Part shown: piece after piece, positions 39,090 through 48,103 of the stretch
Position numbering within the stretch: the first letter of the stretch is position 1
How the letters are laid out: the number at the start of each line of letters is the position of its first letter
From: Alphaproteobacteria bacterium
GTDB taxonomy: Bacteria > Pseudomonadota > Alphaproteobacteria > JAXMDU01
Assembly (NCBI GenBank): GCA_046348645.1
Contig: JAXMDU010000004.1
Span: forward strand, 32,645-96,644
Length of the DNA stretch: 64,000 bases
Direction of reading: 5' to 3'
Made by a program: the position numbers and the translations under genes
Notes under the pieces: model-generated
What the model saw: the letters and a program-made list of their open reading frames with translations, nothing else
What the model was told of the DNA's origin: nothing
Database searches by the model: none

Positions 39090-40073
39090 ATGAAAGCCTG
39101 GGTTATCGACCGCCACGGGGATCCGACCGTTTTCGCCGAGACCGAGGTCGCACCCCCCGAGGTCAAGGCCGGCCACGTCCTGATCGAGGTGGCGGCCACC
39201 AGCGTCAACCCCATCGATACCAAGCTGCGCCAGAACCCGGCGCCCTTTGCGCCGGCCTTGCCGGCCATCCTGCACGGCGACGTGGCGGGCACCGTGGCGG
39301 CCGTGGGCAGCGGCGTCGCCGGCTTCAAGCCCGGCGACGCGGTCTATGGCTGCGCAGGCGGCGTCCGCGGGCAAGGCGGCGCACTGGCGGATTTCATGCT
39401 GGCCGACGCCCGGCTGCTTGCGCCCAAGCCGCAAAGCCTGTCCATGGCCGAGGCGGCCGCGCTGCCGCTGGTCGCCCTGACCGCCTGGGAAGGGCTGATG
39501 GACATGGCCAGGCTGCGGGCCGGGCAGAGCGTTCTCATTCACGGCGCCGGGGGCGGCGTCGGCCATGTAGCGGCCCAGATCGCCAAGGCGGCGGGCGCCG
39601 CCGTTGTCGGCACCGGCTCGCGCCCCGAGACGCTGGCCCTGATCCGCAGCCTTGGGGTCACCGCCGCCGACTACAAGTCACAGGGCGGCGCCGATCTGGT
39701 GAAGACGTATACCGGCGGGCGGGGGTTCGACGTGGTGTTCGACATGACCGGGGCCGATGCGCTGGCCGCAACTGCGGAAACGGTGCGAACCCGGGGCCAG
39801 GTTGTGTCCATCGCCGGTTTCGGGCGGGTGAACATGACCAGCCTCTTCATGAAAGGCGTCTCGATCCACTTCGTGTTCATGATCATCCCCATGCTGACCG
39901 GCGAGGGGCGCGAACGCCATGGCGAGATCCTGCGGTCGGTCGCGCGACTGGCCGACCAGGGACGTTTGAAGCCCCATCTCGATTCGGAGCATTTCACATT
40001 TGCCCAGGTGGCCGATGCCCACCGCCGGCTTGAATCCGGCAAGGCAGTCGGGAAGGTCGTCCTGACCCGCTAA
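39090..40073 (+). CDS. MDR-family zinc-binding dehydrogenase / quinone oxidoreductase
   Basis: MKAWVIDRHGDP...VLIEVAATSVNPIDTK...GQSVLIHGAGGGVGHVAAQIAKAAGA; start at internal ATG of ORF 38406-40073. Confidence 0.8.
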   Translation: MKAWVIDRHGDPTVFAETEVAPPEVKAGHVLIEVAATSVNPIDTKLRQNPAPFAPALPAILHGDVAGTVAAVGSGVAGFKPGDAVYGCAGGVRGQGGALADFMLADARLLAPKPQSLSMAEAAALPLVALTAWEGLMDMARLRAGQSVLIHGAGGGVGHVAAQIAKAAGAAVVGTGSRPETLALIRSLGVTAADYKSQGGADLVKTYTGGRGFDVVFDMTGADALAATAETVRTRGQVVSIAGFGRVNMTSLFMKGVSIHFVFMIIPMLTGEGRERHGEILRSVARLADQGRLKPHLDSEHFTFAQVADAHRRLESGKAVGKVVLTR

Positions 40074-40320
40074 CAGGCTGGCCCGTTGGCAGGCGACCTG
40101 AGCGCAAGCATCGCTGTCGGCGGATTTTGCATCGGCCGGGATCGCCGCCCGGCCTCGCTCGCCCCGACAAATATCATTTTATTTCAACAGCTTGATTGAC
40201 AACCGGCGGGTGGCACGACGGGCCGGCAAGGTTCGGTGCGGCATTTTTCCCTGTCGAGAATCTTTACACTTGCCGGCGCCGGACCTCGCCCTATCCCAGC
40301 AAGCCGCTGGAAAACAACAA

Positions 40321-40354
40321 TTAACCATGTTTGGCACGGCTCTTGCATGGTTAA
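40321..40354 (+). promoter_or_regulatory. sigma-54 (-24/-12) promoter TGGCACG-N4-TTGCA embedded in a perfect 9-bp inverted repeat
   Basis: ttaaccatg TT TGGCACG gctc TTGCA tggttaa; consensus spacing exact; about 85 bp upstream of the PEP-CTERM gene start. Confidence 0.6.
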
Positions 40355-40431
40355 CGGCAGGTCGTGAACCGCGCCGGGTGCCAGACCGGCGCATGGGGCC
40401 GAAAACCAGAGCCACTATCCAGGAGGACACA

Positions 40432-41106
40432 ATGAAGAACCTAGCGATCGGACTGAGCGCTGCGCTCGCCCTTGCCATCGGCGGCACATGGCTTGGCGAC
40501 GCAAAGGCTGCGACCATTTCGGTTGAGAGCGGTGGCATCACCCTCAACTCGTTCGACACCACGAAAGCGGGCACCCTGGCAGATCCCTGGCTGATCGACG
40601 AGACGATGACCGCGCATGGCCATCTCAAGTTCTCGGGCGATGACGAACCGGGCGGCTCGAGCCCCCTTGGCGGTGCCAATCCGACGGGTAGCGGTCACGA
40701 CGAGGGTCGCTGGATCTCGAAGACGGTGCTGAACGATACCGGCATCACCTGGACGTCGTTCGAGCTTGAACTGCAGGTCCTTCTTGGCACGCCATCGGGT
40801 CAAGGCGACGGTCTCAGCTTCGCGGATGGCAGCAGCCTGACGACGCTCTTCACGTCGGACAAGTTCTCGTCCTACACGCGGTTCGACGTCGATCGCGACT
40901 ACCTGAACTTCAGCGGCGGCGAGGTCCTGGATGGCCAGTCGGTCACCTTCCTGTTCGTGATCACCGACAACCTGGCGAACGACCCGTTCTTCCTGCTGCA
41001 GACGCCGAACATCCGTGACGTGCCAGTGCCGGAACCGGCGACGCTGGGGCTGGTGGGCCTGGGCCTGGCCGGACTTGCGGCTTTGCGCCGGCGCAAGGCA
41101 TCCTGA
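40432..41106 (+). CDS. PEP-CTERM sorting-domain protein (exosortase substrate)
   Basis: Signal peptide MKNLAIGLSAALALAIGGTWLGDAKA; C-terminal VPVPEPATLGLVGLGLAGLAALRRRKAS (PEP motif, TM helix, basic tail). Confidence 0.85.
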   Translation: MKNLAIGLSAALALAIGGTWLGDAKAATISVESGGITLNSFDTTKAGTLADPWLIDETMTAHGHLKFSGDDEPGGSSPLGGANPTGSGHDEGRWISKTVLNDTGITWTSFELELQVLLGTPSGQGDGLSFADGSSLTTLFTSDKFSSYTRFDVDRDYLNFSGGEVLDGQSVTFLFVITDNLANDPFFLLQTPNIRDVPVPEPATLGLVGLGLAGLAALRRRKAS

Positions 41107-41130
41107 TCGCGCAGGATCGATCTGCGGAAA

Positions 41131-41160
41131 CGGCGGCCCCTGGGGCCGCCGTTTTCTTTT
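41131..41160 (+). terminator. rho-independent terminator
   Basis: CGGCGGCC cctgg GGCCGCCG followed by TTTTCTTTT. Confidence 0.7.
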
Positions 41161-41447
41161 CAGCCGGCCTTCTCTGACCCCGGCCTTCTCTGACCAGCGC
41201 AATCGGGCCAGGCTAGGGCAGGACCGGGCGATAATGCCGCGCGCGATCTCCTCGCCATCGGCCACAACCACATCCGCGCCGAAAGATTTGAGATAGGCTT
41301 GCTGCTCGCCCTTCGGGGCGTGCCCCGCGATGCGGATCCCGGTGTTTGCGGCCCGCCGGCCGCGGGGCCATTCAAGACCTGGCCCTGGTCATGCAGCCAG
41401 ACTGATTTGAATTATAATAAATCAATACCGTCGCTGTTGACCACCGC

Positions 41448-41461
41448 GTTGACTTCAGTCA
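41448..41461. promoter_or_regulatory. FNR/FixK-type box TTGAC-N4-GTCAA upstream of ubiT
   Basis: Perfect palindrome ttgacttcagtcaa centred about 34 bp upstream of the predicted ubiT start, next to an AT-rich stretch. Confidence 0.5.
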
Positions 41462-41487
41462 AAGACGACCCCAGCAATTCACCGAGA

Positions 41488-42066
41488 ATGGCCGCGATGT
41501 CGAGTTTCGCCCCCGCCCCGGAAGGGGCACCCTGCCTGCCGCCCCTGGCCGGCCGTCTGCTGGCGCCGTTGCCGCTGGGGCCGATCGCCCTGGTTGCCGG
41601 GCGCCTGTTGGGGCGGATCGCGCGCCACCATCCCGAGATGTTCGACCGCCTGGGCGAAAGCGCGACGAAAACCTTTCTGATCGACGCGACCGACCTGCCA
41701 TTCGTTTTTGTGCTGCGGCCCGATCCACTGCGCCCACGGATCGCCGTCACAAGACGGGGCCGTATCCCCGCATTCGATGCGCGAATCGCGGGCCCGCTGG
41801 CGGCTTTGCTGGGCCTTGTCCAGGGAACCTATGACGGCGATGCCCTGTTCTTTTCGCGCGACCTGATGATCGAAGGCGACGTGGAAGCGGTGCTGGCGCT
41901 GCGCAACGCCATCGACGATGCCGAGCTTGACCTGCTGAGCGAAGCCACCGGCCTGTTAGGGCCGCTTCGCCGGCCGGCCGAAGCCCTGTCGCGCGACGTG
42001 TTGCCGGTCATTCATTGGCTGGCGCGGGCATTGCCGCCCCAGCCCCTGGGTCGCCGCGCCCCATGA
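41488..42066 (+). CDS. ubiT: SCP2-domain ubiquinone biosynthesis accessory factor UbiT
   Basis: LFFSRDLMIEGDVEAVLALRNAIDDAEL resembles E. coli UbiT (YhbT); stop overlaps ubiU start (ATGA); start uncertain (41488 or 41497). Confidence 0.65.
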   Translation: MAAMSSFAPAPEGAPCLPPLAGRLLAPLPLGPIALVAGRLLGRIARHHPEMFDRLGESATKTFLIDATDLPFVFVLRPDPLRPRIAVTRRGRIPAFDARIAGPLAALLGLVQGTYDGDALFFSRDLMIEGDVEAVLALRNAIDDAELDLLSEATGLLGPLRRPAEALSRDVLPVIHWLARALPPQPLGRRAP

Positions 42067-43055
42067 CCCCCCGGCACCTGGAACTGGTCTGCCCGGCTGG
42101 AACGCCGGCAGCCCTGCGCACCGCGGTCGATGCCGGGGCGCACGCCATTTATTGCGGCTTCAATGACGAAACCAACGCCCGCAATTTCCCCGGCCTGAAT
42201 TTTTCGCGCCAGGACATGGCCAGGGGCATTGCCTATGCCCACGGCAAGGGTGCCAAGGTGCTGGTCGCCATCAACACCTTTCCACGCGCCGGCGCCGAGA
42301 CGCTTTGGCACCGGGCCGTCGCCGACGCCGATGCAGCGGGGGCAGACGCGATCATCCTGGCCGATATCGGCCTCTTGGCCTTTGCGCGCGACCACCACCC
42401 GCGGCCACGCCGCCATGTGTCGGTGCAGGCGGCGGCCGCCAATCCCCAGGCCATCGCGTTCTACACCGGCGAATTCGGCGTCAAGCGTGTGGTGTTGCCG
42501 CGTGTCCTGTCGGTTGCCGAGATTGCCGCCATCAACCGCCAGATCGACTGCGAGACCGAGGTCTTCGTCTTCGGCGGTCTGTGCGTCATGGCAGAGGGGC
42601 GTTGTTCCCTGTCGTCCTATGTCACGGGAAAGTCGCCCAACATGAATGGCGTCTGCTCGCCCGCCAGCGACGTCAGCTACCAGACGATCGGAACATCGGT
42701 CGTCTCCCGCCTCGGCGGATTCACCATCGACCAGGCCTCGCGCGACGAGCCGACCCCTTATCCGACCCTGTGCAAGGGATGCTTCAAGTCCGGTGCCTAT
42801 ACCGGCCATGTCTTTGCGGAACCGGCAAGCCTTGACGCGGCCGAACTGATCCCCGCCCTGGCCGAGGCCGGCGTTTCGGCGCTCAAGCTTGAAGGCCGGC
42901 AGCGGAGCCGCGCCTATGTCGGCAATGTCGTAAGCACGTTTCGCCGCGCGGTCGATGCCTATGCGGCGGGAAAGCCCATTCCAGCCGGGCAGTTGCAGGC
43001 GATGAGCGAAGGGCAAAGCACGACGGCCGGGGCCTATGTCAAGACCTGGCGATAG
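42063..43055 (+). CDS. ubiU: U32-family O2-independent ubiquinone hydroxylase subunit UbiU
   Basis: Peptidase U32 features (LELVCPAGTPAALRTAVDAGAHAIYCG, conserved Cys cluster) plus ubiT-ubiU-ubiV order. Confidence 0.7.
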   Translation: MTPRHLELVCPAGTPAALRTAVDAGAHAIYCGFNDETNARNFPGLNFSRQDMARGIAYAHGKGAKVLVAINTFPRAGAETLWHRAVADADAAGADAIILADIGLLAFARDHHPRPRRHVSVQAAAANPQAIAFYTGEFGVKRVVLPRVLSVAEIAAINRQIDCETEVFVFGGLCVMAEGRCSLSSYVTGKSPNMNGVCSPASDVSYQTIGTSVVSRLGGFTIDQASRDEPTPYPTLCKGCFKSGAYTGHVFAEPASLDAAELIPALAEAGVSALKLEGRQRSRAYVGNVVSTFRRAVDAYAAGKPIPAGQLQAMSEGQSTTAGAYVKTWR

Positions 43056-43064
43056 GACGGCGCC

Positions 43065-43997
43065 ATGACCGCCATGCCACCCGGGCGAATGGGTCTCACG
43101 CTGGGGCCGGTGCTGTTCCATTGGAATGGCACGCAGCTTTCCGATTTCTATGTCCGGATCGCGGACGAAGCGCCGGTCGAGCGGGTCTGCATCGGCGAGG
43201 TAGTCTGTTCGAAGCGCTTGCCAAGCGTCATCGACAGCCTGGCCCGGGCCATCGAACGCCTGGAACGGGGCGGCAAGGAGGTCATTCTTTCGACCCTTTC
43301 CCTCGTCACCCTGGAGAACGAAAGAAACCGGGTCACGGATCTGGTTCGCGACGCCGCCATGCCCGTCGAAGTGAACGATATTTCGTCCGTTCCGGCGGTT
43401 CAGGGACGCGCCTTCACGGTCGGCCCGTTCGTCAACATCTACAATGAAAGCACGCTCGGCTATTTTGCGCGCCATGGCGCGACGCGCATCTGCCTGCCGC
43501 CCGAACTGCCGCTGTCGTCCATCGCGGTCCTGGCCCGGACCGGCGCGCCGCTTGGCGTTGCCTGCGAGGTTTTCGGCTTCGGGCGTGTGCCGCTTGCCAT
43601 GTCAGGCCGCTGCTATCACGCCCGCCTGCACGGGACGCGCAAGGATGCCTGCCAGTTCGTGTGCGAAAAGGACGCCGACGGGCGGCCCGTCGATACGCTG
43701 GACGGGCAGCCGTTCCTGGCGGTGAACGGCGTCATGACCATGTCGCAGAGCTGCGTCAACCTGATCGAGGATGTCCGCGACATCGCGGGCGCCGGGATCG
43801 ATTCGATCCGCCTGTCGCCCCAGACCTGCGACATGGTCCGGGTCGCGAAGATTTTCCGCGCCGCCATCGATGGCGAGCGGGACCCGGCCGCCGCGCGCCA
43901 GGACCTGGCCGCGCTCATTCCCTTCGCGCCCTTTTCGAACGGGTTCCTGCACGGGACGCGCGGCGTCGCCTATGTCGGTCCCGCAGAGGCCGGCTGA
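43065..43997 (+). CDS. ubiV: U32-family O2-independent ubiquinone hydroxylase subunit UbiV
   Basis: U32 family (YhbV-like), cysteines CEVFGFGRVPLAMSGRCYHARLHGTRKDACQFVC; last 20 codons lie in the left direct repeat. Confidence 0.7.
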   Translation: MTAMPPGRMGLTLGPVLFHWNGTQLSDFYVRIADEAPVERVCIGEVVCSKRLPSVIDSLARAIERLERGGKEVILSTLSLVTLENERNRVTDLVRDAAMPVEVNDISSVPAVQGRAFTVGPFVNIYNESTLGYFARHGATRICLPPELPLSSIAVLARTGAPLGVACEVFGFGRVPLAMSGRCYHARLHGTRKDACQFVCEKDADGRPVDTLDGQPFLAVNGVMTMSQSCVNLIEDVRDIAGAGIDSIRLSPQTCDMVRVAKIFRAAIDGERDPAAARQDLAALIPFAPFSNGFLHGTRGVAYVGPAEAG

Positions 43998-44217
43998 AAC
44001 GCCCTATTCCGCCGCCTTCTGGCGGAACTTCGAGAGCGAGCCCGAATGCATGATCTTGCCGTTGAGATTACGGCCGATCATGCCTTCCACCATCTGCGCG
44101 CAACCGATCAGCTTGTCGAGATCGATGCCGGTCTCGATGCCAAGCTCGGCGCACAGGAACACCATGTCCTCGGTGCAGATGTTGCCGGCCGCGCCCTTGT
44201 GGCCGGCGAAGGGACAG
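43937..44217. repeat. left copy of about 281-bp direct repeat (ubiV 3' end, spacer, 3' end of HMG-CoA lyase-like gene)
   Basis: Near-identical to 48104-48386 with a few 1-2 nt indels/substitutions; flanks the low-GC insertion. Confidence 0.85.
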
Positions 44218-47200
44218 CCGCCGAGCTCACCCTCAGCATCCCATCAACCCAGGAGCACAATAACCCCAGACTCTACTTGTGAATACGATCAAAGCCAGGA
44301 GCACTTCAGCGTCACAGAATGAGAATTCTGTGGAAGCACACTTTTTACGCTTCTTCGCTCCGTTTTTTCGTTGTTGCAACCCACCGCCGTGACGCGCCTC
44401 CTGCCTTGCCTCGCTTTTTCTTCCCTCCCAGATTCACAGCCCCCTTACACTTCGGGTAGTCAGCGCATCCATAGAATGGGCCGAAACGTCCGTTGCGAAG
44501 CTTAGTAGGCCCACCGCATTCAGGGCATGGAGGCCCATCCTTCTGCAGTGACGGATCGGACGGGGAGCTTTTTCGTCCAGACGTGCCCCGCGCACTGTCG
44601 TGCCAGCCGCAGCCTTCCTCATCCTCGCATGTAAAGTACGGGCCGTAGCGGCCCTCCGCATAATATGTTCGCGAGTTGCAGTTCGGGCATCGCGGATTTT
44701 CTGCCTCGGCTACCGTCGAAGCTGCCTCCGCTCGCGCGATCCCAATCCTCTTCGAGACGAATGCAGCAACCTGTTCTGCGAACCCTTCGCTTTCGGCCCT
44801 GGTCATGAACTCATCTGTTCGAGACGTATGTGACAAGGGATTGAGAGAGCCCGACCAGATGACGCGATTATCAATCAAGACGATCTTCTCATGAATGTCG
44901 CGCCGGCAATCGACGACCACCCCAATTCCTTCCAAAGCATCCAAGGCTTGTTTCCCAAGCTCCTCGGGAATTGAGCCGTTGAACCGGGGTGGCCTCGTTA
45001 CACACCGAATTGCGACTCCGTCGCCGATTTTTGTTCTGAACAGGTCTCCATAGGACGCTACACGCTCCGGCGTTATGAAGCCGGAATACATGACAATCGA
45101 CCGCTCCGCCCGGTTCATATCCACCAGACAAGCGTCGGCGAATGTTTTGGAGTGAAACAGCCCGAGCTTCTCTGCATCCAGATCAAGCTCAACAATGCCC
45201 ATGAGGTCTTTCAGATCGCGTTCAATCGGACGCAACGCCATCACTTCGGAAGCGTCGATCACACGACCATGTTCCTGCGCAGTGTGCAGGATACCTCTAA
45301 GCAACGCGGTGCTGGGCAGATGCATATCGAGATAGGTCAGATTGGCCAGCACCAAGAGGTGCTCTTGAGCCCGGCTGACGGCGACGTTCATGAGTCGGGC
45401 ACCGACGTGCTTAGGAGGGATACCCTGCACAAACAACCCAATCCTCCGACTTGGCCCAATGCTTTCAGGGATATCGAGGATCATCATGCGCTTTTCGTCG
45501 CCTTGATAACGATGGACTGTACCGGTCGCGGCGAGTTGGGCCACTGGCTCCATATCCCCAATAAGCTTCTGCAACAGTTTGGCTTGTGCTGCATAGGGCG
45601 TGCATACACCGAGCGCGCTTGAGCTATCCAGAAATCCGTTTGATGCTAAATAGCCGACAAGATTTCGGATGAGAAGCGCATTCAGAAGGTTGAATCGGGA
45701 TTTAAAGATGTTTCGGCTTTCGAACGGCCATAGTCTGGACGTATCGATGATGGTAAGCGCCCCGTCATATGGCGCAGGCGGTCGTGGGCCGTTGGGCCGA
45801 TGGCGTTCTTTGGCCGTTGTAAGCCTTCCTTGATACATGTCTGTCGCGATGAGGCCGCATATCTCGTCCGTCATGCGATACTGAGTATCGAGCAGCGCAT
45901 ATCTGGGATCTTCGCTCTTTCCGTCGATGCCCGCCGACTCAAAGACATCCTGCCCAATGAGATCGTGGATTGCCTGTTGGCGGCTCGGCAAGATCGGCGG
46001 GAGCTGTCGGAAATCACCAGAAACGATCACCCGTTCCGTTGACAGGCCCGCAGCGAAATAAAGCGCGGGCAGAAGCACCATCGACGCTTCGTCAATCACG
46101 ACAACATCAAACCGGCCTATGTCACGTGCCTGGAGGTACGACTTTGCAACAGTTGTCCCGATCACGCGCGCCTCACGCATGATCGACGCTTCCATTTCCG
46201 CTAACCGCCGCGCAATTTCCTGAAGTTCGGCCACAAGCGGCTGACGTTCACCATCAATCGCCTGTCTGTCCCTTTCAAGCTGTTGCCGGTCTTGTACAGA
46301 GAGCTGGGATGCCAAGGATTCAGCCGAAGATCGCACTTCGTTACGTTTGTTCTCTAATGTCTTGGCTTCGGCCGTCCCGTTTCGAACAATTGCTTCCTGA
46401 CGCGCTATTTCCGATTCGGCACGTCGATAGTCGCTTATGATTATCTCATCGGAACGAAGAAAAACGCGACGCAACACGCCTGCGCTTTTCCGCTGTTGCA
46501 GCTCAGCTTTGCAGTCCTGAATTTGTTGCTGCGCCTTTTCATAGGATGCGGCAGCAGTCTTTATGGCGTTAAGGCATGTGTTCAGTTGCTGATTGAGGGA
46601 TGTCAGCTTGCTTTCGGTCCTATCAAGCCGCGCAAAGAGCTGAAGCTTTTCGTTTATAGATGTCGCTTTGGCGTCGAACAGCGCCACTTGTTCTTCCAGC
46701 TCGTGTTGTCGCTCCCTGAGTCCCTTCGACAACCGTTCGATAATACCGTCTGTCGTCACATAGGATGCGTACTCGTTCTTAAGCTCCGGAAGGACAATGT
46801 TGCCGATGCGAACAACTTTGCCTTCTTCAAACGCGGCATGTTTGAGATGCTCCAGATGACGGCAAAGCTTATAGATAAGCTGATCAACAGCCTGGTTCGT
46901 GTTGGAGCAGACGAGGATACGCTTTCCAGCGTCAAATGCGGCTTGAATGCCGACGGACAGTGTTTGCGTTTTTCCCGTCCCCGGAGGTCCCCACAGGTAT
47001 GAAATGCTGTGCTCCAGCATCAAGTGCAGTGCAGCGTTCTGGCTATCATTCAGATCGTGAGGCGGCACGCCGATTGGCGACACTTCGGAGTTGTGGATTT
47101 CCTTGGATACGACGCTATCCGCCACTGATGCAGATAGATTCAGTTCGCCCTTGCCCACCTGATCAAGGCGGTCTTTCAGTGCTTCGATCAGAGCCGTGTT

Positions 47201-48103
47201 GTCGATGAGAAGTATGCAACGTCGGATTGATGGTCCCAGGTTGCCATCCAGCGAAATAAGTATGGTCCCTTCCGATATTGATACGATTTGCCCTCTGCTA
47301 CGTCGGCCATCGACTTCAATTTCTATTCGCGCTTCCTCGAAAATCTCCGCTTCTTCAGAGAACGGGAATACATAGATAGGTTGGCCCGCCTGCGTGTCTA
47401 CGACTTTGCCGCGCTCCAGTTCATAACGGCGACTGCCGCTACCTTCTCTTCGCATTTCGCTTATCAGGGCGTCGAGCGCGAGAACATAGCGCTGTATGTT
47501 TGTGGAATCCTGCGGCAGATCGATAACCAGATCGGTGTCCAGAGCCGGTTGGTAGGCATCAGGCTTTCCCCTAACCCCTGGAGCAGCGATCCCGGTGAAA
47601 TGTTGCGGTATCCTCCTGTCATCAGGTTGCTCGTCCGGGATAGACGGAGTTGATACTTCAGCAGGCCTTTGGCTCGCCGAAGCGAATGATGCCGCTGGGT
47701 CTGAAGATGTACGGGAAGGTACGGGCCGGTTCTCCGGGCGCACGCCAACAGGCTGCCCCTCAAACAAGTGGCCGGTTGGCGCAGGGCCTTCCCTTGATTG
47801 GTTCTCTATTGCTGTGAGGCGTTCTTCAACTCGGCTACGAAGCCTCTTTGCCCGGTCGGTCTTCCGGTGTTCAAGCTCATCGAGAAGGCTCCGCATCGTG
47901 GCCCGCTCTTCGCCTTTTTCGGCGAAAAGCTTCTCAAGCTGGACTATTCCATGCTGGATGAAGGTCCGCTTCATTCTTGGTCGCCTGCCTCAAGCGCCGT
48001 TCCTTTGCTCCCAGGAAAACGTATGCCACTTCGGATGGTAAGAATTTCTCAAGACCATAGTGTTGCCCCCTAGAATAGTGCCGACGGCGAGGTAACGCTT
48101 CTT
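44218..48103. mobile_element. putative horizontally acquired insertion (about 3.9 kb, lower GC), no integrase/transposase, single cargo gene
   Basis: GC about 47-52% in sampled lines versus about 60-75% in flanks; bounded by the 281/283-bp direct repeats; interrupts the 3' region of the HMG-CoA lyase-like gene. Confidence 0.55.
44345..47974 (-). CDS. 1209-aa fusion: Upf1-like SF1 helicase + PLD (HKD) nuclease domain + two topoisomerase-type C4 zinc ribbons
   Basis: Helicase motifs WGPPGTGKTQT, VCSNTNQAVDQL, VVVIDEASM, SGDFRQLPP, QYRM, VHRYQGDEKRMMILD, NVAVSRAQEHL, with about 250-aa coiled-coil insert between Walker A and B; HKD motif HEKIVLIDNRVIWSGSLN; ribbons CPNC...C..C and CPEC...C..C; K/R-rich tail. 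Confidence 0.75.
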   Translation of the reverse strand: MKRTFIQHGIVQLEKLFAEKGEERATMRSLLDELEHRKTDRAKRLRSRVEERLTAIENQSREGPAPTGHLFEGQPVGVRPENRPVPSRTSSDPAASFASASQRPAEVSTPSIPDEQPDDRRIPQHFTGIAAPGVRGKPDAYQPALDTDLVIDLPQDSTNIQRYVLALDALISEMRREGSGSRRYELERGKVVDTQAGQPIYVFPFSEEAEIFEEARIEIEVDGRRSRGQIVSISEGTILISLDGNLGPSIRRCILLIDNTALIEALKDRLDQVGKGELNLSASVADSVVSKEIHNSEVSPIGVPPHDLNDSQNAALHLMLEHSISYLWGPPGTGKTQTLSVGIQAAFDAGKRILVCSNTNQAVDQLIYKLCRHLEHLKHAAFEEGKVVRIGNIVLPELKNEYASYVTTDGIIERLSKGLRERQHELEEQVALFDAKATSINEKLQLFARLDRTESKLTSLNQQLNTCLNAIKTAAASYEKAQQQIQDCKAELQQRKSAGVLRRVFLRSDEIIISDYRRAESEIARQEAIVRNGTAEAKTLENKRNEVRSSAESLASQLSVQDRQQLERDRQAIDGERQPLVAELQEIARRLAEMEASIMREARVIGTTVAKSYLQARDIGRFDVVVIDEASMVLLPALYFAAGLSTERVIVSGDFRQLPPILPSRQQAIHDLIGQDVFESAGIDGKSEDPRYALLDTQYRMTDEICGLIATDMYQGRLTTAKERHRPNGPRPPAPYDGALTIIDTSRLWPFESRNIFKSRFNLLNALLIRNLVGYLASNGFLDSSSALGVCTPYAAQAKLLQKLIGDMEPVAQLAATGTVHRYQGDEKRMMILDIPESIGPSRRIGLFVQGIPPKHVGARLMNVAVSRAQEHLLVLANLTYLDMHLPSTALLRGILHTAQEHGRVIDASEVMALRPIERDLKDLMGIVELDLDAEKLGLFHSKTFADACLVDMNRAERSIVMYSGFITPERVASYGDLFRTKIGDGVAIRCVTRPPRFNGSIPEELGKQALDALEGIGVVVDCRRDIHEKIVLIDNRVIWSGSLNPLSHTSRTDEFMTRAESEGFAEQVAAFVSKRIGIARAEAASTVAEAENPRCPNCNSRTYYAEGRYGPYFTCEDEEGCGWHDSARGTSGRKSSPSDPSLQKDGPPCPECGGPTKLRNGRFGPFYGCADYPKCKGAVNLGGKKKRGKAGGASRRWVATTKKRSEEA

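Noticed and set aside
44218-48103. Insertion as a prophage, IS element or integrative element
   Set aside because: No integrase, transposase, recombinase, terminal inverted repeats or tRNA attachment site; only one cargo gene. Mechanism left open.
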